Assembly: GCA_039030515.1 (NCBI GenBank)
Contig: JBCCEA010000002.1
Span: 163,036 to 227,035, forward strand
DNA: 64,000 nucleotides
Direction of reading: 5' to 3'
DNA from: Myxococcota bacterium
GTDB lineage: Bacteria; Myxococcota_A; Polyangia; Polyangiales; Houyiibacteriaceae
Positions 31,447 to 41,078 of the stretch are shown here, piece by piece. Position 1 is the stretch's first letter, and every line of letters begins with the position of its first letter. A program made the translations under genes and the position numbers. A model generated the notes under the pieces. That model searched no databases and had not been told where the DNA came from. It saw only the letters and a program-made list of their open reading frames with translations.

Positions 31447-31599
31447 GACCGGGTACGGTTTGCCAGGTATGGCTCGCCGTGGTCTATGGACCCCAATACC
31501 TGACCGGGTACGGTTCGCCGTGGCGCTTCAGAACCCGACCGGGTACGGCTCGCCGTGGTCTATGGGCCCCAATACCTGACCGGGTACGGTTCGCCGTGG
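31447..31599. repeat. Intergenic direct-repeat cluster
   Basis: GACCGGGTACGG(T/C)TCGCCGTGG-like units at 31447, 31502, 31537 and 31578; spacer TCTATGG.CCCCAATACCT occurs twice. Confidence 0.85.
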
Positions 31600-31613
31600 C
31601 TGGGAGGAGCGCA

Positions 31614-32675
31614 CTAAAGCGCGAGCACTGGCTCAGTGCGCTCGAGTAGCCGGATGCGGTCCAAAGTCACCGAACTGGTGCCTTGAAGTACCAACTCGGT
31701 CTCCTTGAGGACGTCGGAAAGCGGTATCCATCGCACCCTGGGGTCGTCGGTCATCATCCCTACGCCTTCGGTTACCACGTCCCAAGCGACCATGATGTCG
31801 TCAGCATCGCTTTCTAGCGCCATCGCCGCATTGAAGGCCAAGCGCTGCGCGATCACCCTGTCGGCCTGAGAGGGGCTTCCTCCTCGGACTACGTGGCCGA
31901 GCACCGTTTCTCGAATCGTGACTCCGGGAGCATCCGAGGAGAGGGAATCTCGAAGACGTTCGACCAAGATGGAGGTCGGTATGGGTACACCCTCGCTTTT
32001 GATGATCAGAACGCGACGCTTCATACGGCCCGGCGCAAAGCTTCGTTTGAGCAACTCTCCGAGCTGGCGAACAACCGTATCCTCATCCAGTTTCCGCTCG
32101 GTGATCAGTACCGCATCTGCCTCGGCGGCGAGTCCGGAACGCAAAGCCAAAAACCCGTTGTCCCGTCCCATCACCTCCACGATAAATGCACGACGGTGGG
32201 CGGTCGCGGTATCCGTAATTCGGTCGCAGGCTTCGACGATGGTATTGACCGCCGTATCGACTCCGACTGCGGTGCGCGTATGGCCTATGTCGTTGTCGAT
32301 CGATGCGGGTATCCCCACGATTCGCGTCTTTGAAACGGCGGCAAGGGCGTGGGCTCCAGCCAAAGATCCGTTGCCGCCTATGACAACCAAGCCATCGATT
32401 TCATTTAGTTCTAGCTGTTCTCTAGCCAGCTCGCGTCCATCAGCCGTGCGAAACTCGGCCGAGCGAGCCGACCCCAGAATCGTACCGCCAAGACGGCTGA
32501 TGCCGTCTACCTCCGACAGCACTAGAGGCGCCATATTGCCCTGCATCAATCCAACGTAACCGTTGTGGATACCGATAGCCTCATGACCTCGAGCGATGGC
32601 TACCTTTGCCACCGTTCGGATCGTTGCGTTCATTCCCGGGGCGTCGCCCCCAGAGGTCAGTACACCGATGCGCAT
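31614..32675 (-). CDS. pfkA: 6-phosphofructokinase
   Basis: TSGGDAPGMN, GGTILGSAR, SIDND, VEVMGR and LGHVVRGG motifs. Confidence 0.96.
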   Translation of the reverse strand: MRIGVLTSGGDAPGMNATIRTVAKVAIARGHEAIGIHNGYVGLMQGNMAPLVLSEVDGISRLGGTILGSARSAEFRTADGRELAREQLELNEIDGLVVIGGNGSLAGAHALAAVSKTRIVGIPASIDNDIGHTRTAVGVDTAVNTIVEACDRITDTATAHRRAFIVEVMGRDNGFLALRSGLAAEADAVLITERKLDEDTVVRQLGELLKRSFAPGRMKRRVLIIKSEGVPIPTSILVERLRDSLSSDAPGVTIRETVLGHVVRGGSPSQADRVIAQRLAFNAAMALESDADDIMVAWDVVTEGVGMMTDDPRVRWIPLSDVLKETELVLQGTSSVTLDRIRLLERTEPVLAL

Positions 32676-32776
32676 GAGCGTTTTTTAGTGCCTATCTTCC
32701 AAGCCACCCAGTACAAAAGAGCGGGCTAGTCGCACAATAGCTCCACTCTTTGAGGACACACGAACTTCTGGGGTCG

Positions 32777-34231
32777 ATGAGGATGCATCCAACCAACCAT
32801 GCCGTGGAGCCGTGGCCACTGCCGTGGGCTCGACATCACTATGGCGAAGACAATCCAGTTGGCGCTGAAGTTCCAGTGGTGCACCTGGGGGTGGATGCAG
32901 CACTTCGGGCTCAATCGAGTGGCGAGCGGGTCTACTCTATTCGCTCCTTAGAGGCTCTGAGCTCTCGGGTTTCCGAGTTAACGCAACTGCAGCACCTGAT
33001 GCTCGCGGCAGAAACTGCTCCAGAACTCCCGGCGGAGATCTGTGGTCTGAAGCACCTTCAAAAGCTCATCGTTCGCGGGTCGGGCTTAACTCAACTGCCG
33101 GAGCAACTTGGACTACTGAGACAACTATCGGTACTGGACGCTTCAGAGTGCAGACTTCAAAGGTTGCCTCGATCGATCGGCGCACTCGATGCTCTTCGGA
33201 CTTTAATTTTAGAGGAGAATCGGCTTCAAAAACTACCTGAAGAACTCGGCGCACTCGAAGAGTTGAGGGAGCTCGATCTTGCCGAAAATGTGATTTCACA
33301 CCTTCCCGTTGCGCAGGGCAACTTCCCGCGACTGAGGCGACTCGTGCTTTCAAGCAATCCGCTGGAATACCTGCCTTCGAAACTAACGGAGCTTCCCGTA
33401 CTCCAACAGTTCTCCATTTCTCACTGTGGGCGACTTCCGCCAAGTCGGCTCCATTCGATAACGGCCGCACTGGTGCATCTCCTATCACTCGAGGTGGATG
33501 GCCTCGATTTTGGCCCGGCCGCGCTGACGCTCCCCCCAAGACTTCAACATCTACGCTGGTGCGATGCACCAAGACAGAGAAGCAAAATAGAGCCGCATCC
33601 TGAGCTCCGCGAGCTGATCTTACGAGGGCACGGGCAGCAAAAATGCCCCGAATGGCTCAAAGAACTGCCTCGTCTACGATTGCTTGATCTGGGCAGAAAC
33701 CAGATCAAGCAATGGAGCTTGGGCAGCAGCGCATTGCCGAATCTAAAGTCTCTTTCTCTCTCAGGAAACGAGTTTCGGACAATGCCGTATATGGAGATAC
33801 CGCTGCAGACTTTGGATCTCTATGGAAACAGTTTAGAGCAGCTGCCGCTCGCTGCGATTCCATCCTCACTCGAAGTGCTCAACGCGAGTTATAATGACAT
33901 CCGTGCGATTTCGGGAACGCTCTCTACGGGAAACGCTCTTCGCGAACTCAATCTCAGAGACAATCACTTACGGCAACTTTCTCTAAGCGGCCTTCATCTG
34001 CAACGGCTCGACCTTTCGGGAAACCCGCTAAAGCAAATCGACCTTGATTCGAACTCTGGCCACCTCAAGGAGCTCCGACTGAATCGAACTTATGTGGATG
34101 ATGCACTGATTCACCGAGTGCTTGCCGAGTCACCCAGTATCACGCGACTCGAGATTCGGAATACGCCCGCTGCAGCGCAGGGCCCAACGCTTGCTGCAGT
34201 CTATCCGGAGGTTGCCATCCTCTATCGCTAG
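32777..34231 (+). CDS. Leucine-rich repeat protein
   Basis: Many LxxLxLxxNxLxxLP repeats; no other domain recognised. Confidence 0.9.
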   Translation: MRMHPTNHAVEPWPLPWARHHYGEDNPVGAEVPVVHLGVDAALRAQSSGERVYSIRSLEALSSRVSELTQLQHLMLAAETAPELPAEICGLKHLQKLIVRGSGLTQLPEQLGLLRQLSVLDASECRLQRLPRSIGALDALRTLILEENRLQKLPEELGALEELRELDLAENVISHLPVAQGNFPRLRRLVLSSNPLEYLPSKLTELPVLQQFSISHCGRLPPSRLHSITAALVHLLSLEVDGLDFGPAALTLPPRLQHLRWCDAPRQRSKIEPHPELRELILRGHGQQKCPEWLKELPRLRLLDLGRNQIKQWSLGSSALPNLKSLSLSGNEFRTMPYMEIPLQTLDLYGNSLEQLPLAAIPSSLEVLNASYNDIRAISGTLSTGNALRELNLRDNHLRQLSLSGLHLQRLDLSGNPLKQIDLDSNSGHLKELRLNRTYVDDALIHRVLAESPSITRLEIRNTPAAAQGPTLAAVYPEVAILYR

Positions 34232-34233
34232 AA

Positions 34234-34633
34234 GGTCTATGTCGGCCCAAACAGCTGCTTTCCTCCCATGCTCGTCGCTTGAAGTAGCCACACTACTCCT
34301 GCGCTCCTGTGCTTCCGGGGCGCTGGCTGTTTCGACCAACCTAGGCCCGCTGGGGGTTGGTGATGGCCGTTTAAACCCATCGAGAAGCGCTGGGCCGAGG
34401 AGGAGGGTACTCATTGGTGCCTGACGACGACAAGCAAGGCGGTCAGCAGCTGTTTGGGCCGACTCACTCACCAAACCCCAGCGGGTCTAGGTTGGTTCAA
34501 ACAGCCAGCGCCCCCGTGGCGAGGAGGAGGAGGGTACTCATTGGTACCTGACGACGACGAGCAAGGCGGCAAGCGGCTGTTTGGGCCGACATAGGCCCCC
34601 TGGGGAAAGCGGCTGTTTGGGCCGACATAGACC
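34234..34633. repeat. Composite palindromic intergenic element (REP/BIME/MITE-like)
   Basis: Terminal IR about 34234-34263 vs 34603-34631, internal IR about 34312-34362 vs 34468-34520, and direct repeat about 34394-34462 vs 34519-34590. Confidence 0.8.
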
Positions 34634-34635
34634 CA

Positions 34636-35739
34636 CTACAGGCCGAGGGAACGGAGGTGAGACGTACCAGCACCACCCACCCCATTCAACTCCCAGTAAG
34701 CAAGGCGTTTTGAAGCGATAAGCTGAGCGCGCATTCCGTCGCTGCGCTCGATGCGGATCACGCGGCGATATCCTTCACGCTCGACGTCAAAAGTCCAGCT
34801 TCGCGTCGGAGCTTCGGCTTGGGCTTCGATCACGGCGAGGAAGCGATCGACCTCAAAGGTGCCCGCGGGTACGACGACGGATTGTGGTTCGGGCACGCGC
34901 TGAAGACGGGCGTGATCCCAGACCACATCGGTATGATTGAGCCTGGCCCAGGCAAGCGAGCGAAGCAGCGGAACCGCAACGGGCGACTCGCCAACTCCGG
35001 CTGGGCCCGCCAGCCCTCGAGCCCAGAGCGCCAGCATGTCCTCTGAAAATCCTCCCGCCTGCATTTCAAGCGACTGAGTCTTATCTGCCTCGCCTTCAAA
35101 GTAACTATGACTGGCCAGCCGCAGCGCTGATGCATCGAAGAGCGCCTGCGCGTACACGTGCCCGCACCATTCCTGACTGCCAAAGGAAACCTTCAAGGGC
35201 CCGCGCTTGCGATGACCGTCGGCGTCTGCCGTGGCCACAAAGGCACTGGTCATCAGGTGGTAGTCGTAGATCCCGGTCGCAAAATCGACGATCCAGTTGA
35301 GCTTGATCGCCGGCACATACCCCCGAGAGCGATCGGGACGCCTCGACTCTACTTTGACGAAGGTACGAGCATCCAAGCCACCTTCGTGTACCGTGATCGC
35401 CACCCCCGTTCCCTGACGGGGCTGCCCGTAGCGCGGGTAGACGATGTCGTAACTCGCGATTTCGGCAAGCCCGTCTCGCCAAAGCTCGTCGAACGCGCGA
35501 TCTTCAGCCGCCAGAGTCGCAGGCGACCGTTCCGCTTCTGATAGTCTCGCCACCGAGCGCCCTCCGCTTTCGACTTGCGGCGGGAAGGACTCATGCCGAG
35601 GCGCGGATTCTTCGGTATGCGCTCGAGAGTCGCTGCATCCAAGCGCGTGGACCGCAGCGCCGATAGCGAACCATACAGCAGCGATCTTAATGCCGGCAAA
35701 AAGGACGCTCGTGCGGATGGATACCGTTGTTTCAGCCAC
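34636..35739 (-). CDS. Conserved hypothetical exported protein/lipoprotein
   Basis: Hydrophobic N-terminus with ALGC; GLAEIASY, KLNW..F.TGIYDY..MTS.F and SQEWCGH motifs. Confidence 0.65.
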   Translation of the reverse strand: MAETTVSIRTSVLFAGIKIAAVWFAIGAAVHALGCSDSRAHTEESAPRHESFPPQVESGGRSVARLSEAERSPATLAAEDRAFDELWRDGLAEIASYDIVYPRYGQPRQGTGVAITVHEGGLDARTFVKVESRRPDRSRGYVPAIKLNWIVDFATGIYDYHLMTSAFVATADADGHRKRGPLKVSFGSQEWCGHVYAQALFDASALRLASHSYFEGEADKTQSLEMQAGGFSEDMLALWARGLAGPAGVGESPVAVPLLRSLAWARLNHTDVVWDHARLQRVPEPQSVVVPAGTFEVDRFLAVIEAQAEAPTRSWTFDVEREGYRRVIRIERSDGMRAQLIASKRLAYWELNGVGGAGTSHLRSLGL

Positions 35740-35858
35740 CGGTAGAGCATGATGTAGGCACCGAGCGGTGTCGATCGCCTTCGGTTTGCAAAAACGCCTA
35801 AACCTGACATTTTGTAACAGAGTACGACGAATAGAAAACGATTGAGCCAGAGATCAAA

Positions 35859-37196
35859 GTGGCTCGTTATACGTCGAACGATTCGCATGCAATATCCGCA
35901 GACGACATGAGACACACAGTAGCGCGAGAGCGACAAATCCGTTACCGAGAGCTGCGAAAAGCCTTTAGCCAGATTAGCAAGCGTCAACTTCCTGATGGCT
36001 ACTGGCGAGAATGCTTGAAATGGTCGAACTCACCTGTAGAAAACCTGACTGATAAAGTTGAAAAATATGGTCACGAGGACCTTCCCAAAATTTCTTTTTG
36101 GTCAGCAACTGCAGTCACCTCTAGGACACAGGGACTAGTTATTGCGAAGTTTGTCCCTGAGAAGATCCTAGCGGGAAGCAAACCAACAGTATTTCTTATC
36201 GAAATGAATCGTCTGTACGCTACGAAGTCGGGCGAGGGAAGATTTAAGTTAGTGCATCCTGCGATGAGCGTCCCTGAGGGAAAGCTCTTTGCCTGTCTGA
36301 TGCCCAATTCTTCGAGCGCTGAAGACGAGGATTACTTCAAGCAAGATGCGTGTATTGCAAGTCACTTTAGAAAAAAAGAAGGACGCTTACGAAACGGTCG
36401 CTCTCTAGCACCACTCTGCGCTCGATTGCCCGTAGCTTGCGATGGAAGAAACTTGACTCGCAATCAAAAAAATACGTGTGCGGCGTTTGTTCCACTTGCA
36501 GACACGAATCTTTATAGACTCATGCATCGCAATCCTAGTCTAGGTAGGCTTGACCAATTAGGCCAACGTGCGTCTGAACTACTCCTTCAACATTGGGACT
36601 GGTTTTCGATATGCCTTGGCCTAATGCATCAACTGGCAGTCGATCTGGAGATCTTACATAGACGAGGCATAATGCACGTGGATATCAAACCGGAAAATGT
36701 GCTGGTTTATTGCGTGCGGGATGGTTCTGGCAAGGAACAATACGATGCGCGATTCACCGACTTTGACCTCTCTGCCGTGTTGCAGAGGCGCACCCGGTTC
36801 CCGGGCGCCGATGCATATCTTGGAGTCACAGAACAGTATGTTGATCCGCTTAGAGACCATGCTGCAGTTTGGGAGACGGCTGTTTTGACAGATATTTACA
36901 GCCTAGGTCTCGTCTTTAAAGAGATGCTTTGGGGGCCATCCAGTGAACCTGCAAACGCAGCGCACCGAGCGCGTACCACACGGGCCCAGTCTCTGCGCCC
37001 CATCGCAACTTCCAACCCCGCCGCGCGCATACGAGAAACGTGGCGGACAGGGTTGAGTTTGGAACAGCATGGGCCAGTCAGTTGCGTTAGTTTGCTCATC
37101 GAACGGATGTGCAACCCGATGCTTGGCTTACGCCCCAGCGCCGATGAGGTGGCCCGTGAACTTGAAAACATAATTCTTTACAGAGGCCAAGCCTGA
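35859..37196 (+). CDS. Atypical protein kinase 1 (non-RD, DFD, no beta-3 Lys)
   Basis: GEGRFKLV, LHRRGIMHVDIKPENVL, FTDFDLS and DIYSLG motifs. Confidence 0.8.
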   Translation: MARYTSNDSHAISADDMRHTVARERQIRYRELRKAFSQISKRQLPDGYWRECLKWSNSPVENLTDKVEKYGHEDLPKISFWSATAVTSRTQGLVIAKFVPEKILAGSKPTVFLIEMNRLYATKSGEGRFKLVHPAMSVPEGKLFACLMPNSSSAEDEDYFKQDACIASHFRKKEGRLRNGRSLAPLCARLPVACDGRNLTRNQKNTCAAFVPLADTNLYRLMHRNPSLGRLDQLGQRASELLLQHWDWFSICLGLMHQLAVDLEILHRRGIMHVDIKPENVLVYCVRDGSGKEQYDARFTDFDLSAVLQRRTRFPGADAYLGVTEQYVDPLRDHAAVWETAVLTDIYSLGLVFKEMLWGPSSEPANAAHRARTTRAQSLRPIATSNPAARIRETWRTGLSLEQHGPVSCVSLLIERMCNPMLGLRPSADEVARELENIILYRGQA

Positions 37197-37257
37197 GATC
37201 AAGTGACTGTCTCTAGTTGACCTTCTGACAATCAAGAACAAGCGTCTTCTGAGTCAT

Positions 37258-38604
37258 ATGGCGGTGCAGCGGTATTCAAGAAGAGCGCCCAGCCCTTTTG
37301 AGCAGCTCGAGCAAGCTAAGCGACTAAAGGTGGCTTTTGAACAAATAAGTCCTCGTTCTGTTCCCGAGTCTGACTGGATGCGTCTGATTCAGCTCCTCGG
37401 GAATATGAACCGCGCTAATCCTGAATTCGGCGAAAACTACCCAACCGAGAAATCAGTCTGCGTGTGGAGCGGTACACACACACAAGCGCCGCAATGGGAT
37501 GATCTTACTTACATCACTTTTGACACCAATGAGCGCACCGAAGTGTTTTTCTACGAGAGCAATCCTTTGTGCCCAAAGTTATACTCTCAAAGTGGATCTC
37601 TAAAGTGTATGCGCCCCGCCATCAGACTTGAGGATCAAAAGGTCTGGGCCTTCTTAACCTCCGAGTCCAAAGACTACCAGGCTAACATGATCTACGATTT
37701 TTATATCACGAGATTCTTGCGGCAAGGGCAATACTTGCCGGACGGTAGGTCTCTGGTGCCGTTTTTCGTGTCTTTCCCTTCCAAGGCTTCTCGCTTGGAA
37801 GCCGGACACATCTATAGCAATGCCTCTCAAGACGATATGCGGACTGGAACCTTTACCCCATTTGCAACAGAGACTCTATTCGCTTTCTTACTCAGAACCC
37901 GTAGTCAAAGCACCGAATGGCGTCGAACATATCTTGAGATCATGTACCTTTTAGCACTCGACTTGGCCCATCTCCATGCGAGAGGCGTGATTCACTTAGA
38001 CCTAAAACCAGAAAACATTTTGCTCTTTCAATCTCACGATAAAATGAGTAACCGGCCGTTTCAGTATCGTCCTCTCATCATTGATTTTGATTGTTCAGAC
38101 AAATTTCATCCTGCAAATTCCGCAAGCGTTTGCCGAGAAGGCAGAGACTTTTATATAGGCACCTATGCTTATGCGGAACCCAGACCAGGACCAAGGCGAG
38201 GCTTCAAAGGCAGCTGGAAAGATGCCACCAAACTCGACATCTACGGTCTTGCCTGCGTCTTCAGCGAAATGCTTCTCACAGCGCGACCGGGGATGATCGA
38301 GTACGAAGACATCTTTGGGAACGTAGCTGTTCCCGCTCATGTTGCTTGGTATCTTGATAAACACGCTGGGAGTTTTCCGCCAGGAGAAAGAGCTCCATTC
38401 CGTCCAAATGGGATATGGCTTGGGCGGCAGCAACCAGTGTCGAGTGGTCCACTTCGTTCGCTCCTGCTCAGGATGAGCAGCCCAAACCTCAACTTGCGCC
38501 CTACAGCCCTTGAGGTGGCCGAGGTGCTCGGCGATATGATTTTTTCGGGCGGCAGCACCCTGCGCAGAGCATGGTTTTGGCCGGAGACGATGTTGTGGCC
38601 CTAA
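37258..38604 (+). CDS. Atypical protein kinase 2, tandem paralog
   Basis: SGSLKCM, LHARGVIHLDLKPENIL, IIDFDCS, GTYAY and DIYGLA; shares GRSL.P and F.P.A.T.L motifs with kinase 1. Confidence 0.8.
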   Translation: MAVQRYSRRAPSPFEQLEQAKRLKVAFEQISPRSVPESDWMRLIQLLGNMNRANPEFGENYPTEKSVCVWSGTHTQAPQWDDLTYITFDTNERTEVFFYESNPLCPKLYSQSGSLKCMRPAIRLEDQKVWAFLTSESKDYQANMIYDFYITRFLRQGQYLPDGRSLVPFFVSFPSKASRLEAGHIYSNASQDDMRTGTFTPFATETLFAFLLRTRSQSTEWRRTYLEIMYLLALDLAHLHARGVIHLDLKPENILLFQSHDKMSNRPFQYRPLIIDFDCSDKFHPANSASVCREGRDFYIGTYAYAEPRPGPRRGFKGSWKDATKLDIYGLACVFSEMLLTARPGMIEYEDIFGNVAVPAHVAWYLDKHAGSFPPGERAPFRPNGIWLGRQQPVSSGPLRSLLLRMSSPNLNLRPTALEVAEVLGDMIFSGGSTLRRAWFWPETMLWP

Positions 38605-38720
38605 GCCTTCGGGCGACCGGGTACTGATCGCGTCATCAGCAATCTCGCTGCACCACGGTATCTCGCTGCAACGCAAATTCGATCTTGGATGGACTTCAGC
38701 TAGGCGGCGCTCAGAGGCCT

Positions 38721-38780
38721 GGTACGAGGAGGGGGACTCGGACCCCCACGGGTGTTACCCACCGGAACCTAAATCCGGCG
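38721..38780. repeat. att site: displaced 3' part of tRNA-Leu, 60-bp direct repeat of 43991-44050
   Basis: One mismatch, in the T-loop; this copy is followed by CCA on the minus strand. Confidence 0.95.
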
Positions 38781-39026
38781 TGCAAAGAGCTGAATTCAAG
38801 GATATCGAGCCTTTGTCTGCGTCAGAACGCGCCGAGCACCGCCCCTTCAACCCCCAATATTGGCGCGCCGTTCCAGCGTCCGCGCCCAGCTCTGGACGCA
38901 GCCACGGTCTGTTCGATCGCCACGGGTTTGCGGCTAGCGCAAGAAGCGTGGGTCGCGAACCGGGACACACGCGACCTTCGCCGGCAGCTACTTGAGATCC
39001 TCATCGAGCTCGAAAGCTGCGAATAG
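38721..39026 (+). other. Detached C-terminal coding segment of the integrase (rejoined on excision)
   Basis: Reads GTRRGTRTPTGVTHRNLNPA in the same frame across the att core, then about 80 aa ending DTRDLRRQLLEILIELESCE. Confidence 0.75.
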
Positions 39027-39416
39027 CCGCGATCAGTGCGCGCGATGGATGAGCACGGCGATCGATGAATTGCCTGAGACGGCAAGGGCCGACCGAATAA
39101 CAGAACAAGAGCGTCGACTCCGAGGCGAACGACTTCGAATCGGCAAACTGCCCAGGTTCGGCGCGCAATGGCGGACATCGAGAGAAAGCCGATCGAATTC
39201 GGCACCGCGCAACGGTGCTGAGAGACGCCTAGAGAGCCGAACCGTAGTGTTGCCGTCGACGCTCCGTCCGACGCCGCTCCTCTGCTTGCTGAGCCGAAAG
39301 GATCCGGCGCCGCTGCTGTAGCCAACGAAGTCTCTCCAATTGCTGGGCTCGAACCTCGTACTCAACCACCACGTCCCATTCGTAGCCGTCCCCGTACGGC
39401 GATCCATCATCTACCC

Positions 39417-39950
39417 TCAGTAGGGGGCCCCATTAGCGGCGACGTAGTTATCGTCGGACAGCGCTAACGTACCGAAGTTGACCTCATTGAGACATTTTGT
39501 TCGCGGTCCGCTGACTACAACGCTCCAGCGAGGTAAGCCGTGATCGGCACACTGCTCGTAGTGCGACTGGTGAGGAAAACGCCGCTCCAGCGTGCTCGAC
39601 AAGGCAGCGTACCCTTGGCGAGCACGCTGGAGACTGGGAAACCGGCAGCTCGCCTTCACCCTCCCGAGGCGGTGACTCATCGAACCGTAGTGGAGCAGGA
39701 CGCTCGCAACGCGATCGAGACCAGCCACCCCCGTCGAGAGCAGCGCACCCGTGCATCGACCCCATCCCTCACCGGTGGTCGGCGATACATTGCCGTCGGT
39801 TTATCGATGCCCTTCCGCATTACAAGCTCGGCGAACTTGTTCCGCTGTCCATCCGAACCTGAATCCGACCAGGCCATCGACCTCAGTCCGTTGAGCCGCG
39901 GCGGAGACCGAGAATAGAAGCAGAGCGGCGAGGATGGAGTACCGGACCAA
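39417..39950 (-). pseudogene. Secreted hypothetical protein with an internal stop
   Basis: Manual translation VRYSILAALLLFSVSAAAQ..GFRFGWTAEQVRRAC..HR*TDG.. continues into ORF 39417-39728. Confidence 0.5.
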
Positions 39951-40194
39951 CAGAGGTGACTATCGACTGAAAACGTCATCGGGAACAACCGGGTCGTGGT
40001 TCAAAGCGTCCGCACACCAGCGGCCACCCAAAAATGCGCTGATCCGCTGCTGCCTCAGGTCGATCGCGAAACATCGCAGAGCGAGGATCGCGTCGCAGTC
40101 GAGATCAGTGTGAGACGTCAAGCTGAGCTCTCGGTGCTTCCGGACTTACTCCCGCCCGAGTTGGAGATCGCAGATGAGTGGCTCTGCCACGACA

Positions 40195-40820
40195 CTAAGG
40201 GGCATTGACGGAAACGTGAAGTGGCAAACCATATCGGTTCTTGAACTTCTTCTCTGACTGATTCAGGTGCTGGAGCCAGTCGTCACAGCACCCCTCAGCT
40301 TCCAACTCTCCTATGACGAAGTGAAGGACGTGCTCGATCAACACTCGCCCGGTGGCAAAATGAACTCGATTGAGATCGAGGGTCGAAGCGCCAAACGGCA
40401 TTTGATTCGGCCCCATCTGCATGTGGAAGAACGGGTGTCGTTCGTGCTCGTTGTCTTCAGCGTACTCCCAACGTATGTTGCTGCCGTCGGTTGACTTGAG
40501 AGTTTGCTCCTTTGTCGTCACGCGGTAGTGATAAGATCGCACGTGCAGTGCAAAAAAAACACAGACTCGTACCATTCCGCACTGAGCTCCTGAGTACAGG
40601 CCAGAAACACAACACCGTGACTGCGAGTGCAGACCTTGATTGGCTCTACGATCAAGGTCGCCCGACACGGACGCTTCTGACCCCTCTTGGTCTTTTTCGG
40701 CCATTTGCCGACGACCGTCACGCGAGGCCTCGCCGAGTGAAACACCGTCGAGAAGAGCTTGCTTATGTTGCTTTCGTACTCTTCGAAGCACAGCTTCGCA
40801 GTTTTACCGGTAATCGGCAT
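40195..40820 (-). pseudogene. Frameshifted putative toxin (DUF6516/TumE-like)
   Basis: ORF 40518-40820 joins the 3' part of ORF 40195-40791 at a T8 tract (40552-40559); YHYR..IRWEY..HP.FH.Q motif. Confidence 0.45.
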
Positions 40821-40835
40821 TCAGCACGTGAGCGG

Positions 40836-41078
40836 CTACGGCGCCAGCAAGTGCGACCGAAAGAACCGTAGATCAGCGCCGACGGTGCTGTCGCTGTCTA
40901 TTTCGCCAGCTTCAAGCATTCGGTAAAGGGTCTCAACGGTGAACCCGGTCTGCTCGAGACGAGCTCGCAGTCGGGCTACAGCCTCGCGCTCAAGGGACCG
41001 AGTCGGGTCGTCGGGCGACTGAATCGAGGGCGAAGTCACGTTTTTACGGTACCAACCTGCAGCCTCAGGAGCAACCAT
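40836..41078 (-). CDS. Small putative antitoxin (TumA-like)
   Basis: LEQTGFTVETLYRMLEAGEID; directly upstream of the putative toxin. Confidence 0.4.
   Translation of the reverse strand: MVAPEAAGWYRKNVTSPSIQSPDDPTRSLEREAVARLRARLEQTGFTVETLYRMLEAGEIDSDSTVGADLRFFRSHLLAP

Noticed and set aside
31447..31599. Possible mini-CRISPR array
   Set aside because: Repeats are about 22 bp, spacers are short, unequal and one is duplicated, and no cas genes are present; this is a tandem duplication.
38721..38780. Second tRNA-Leu gene
   Set aside because: Lacks the 5' acceptor strand and D arm and has a T-loop mutation; it is the att duplicate.
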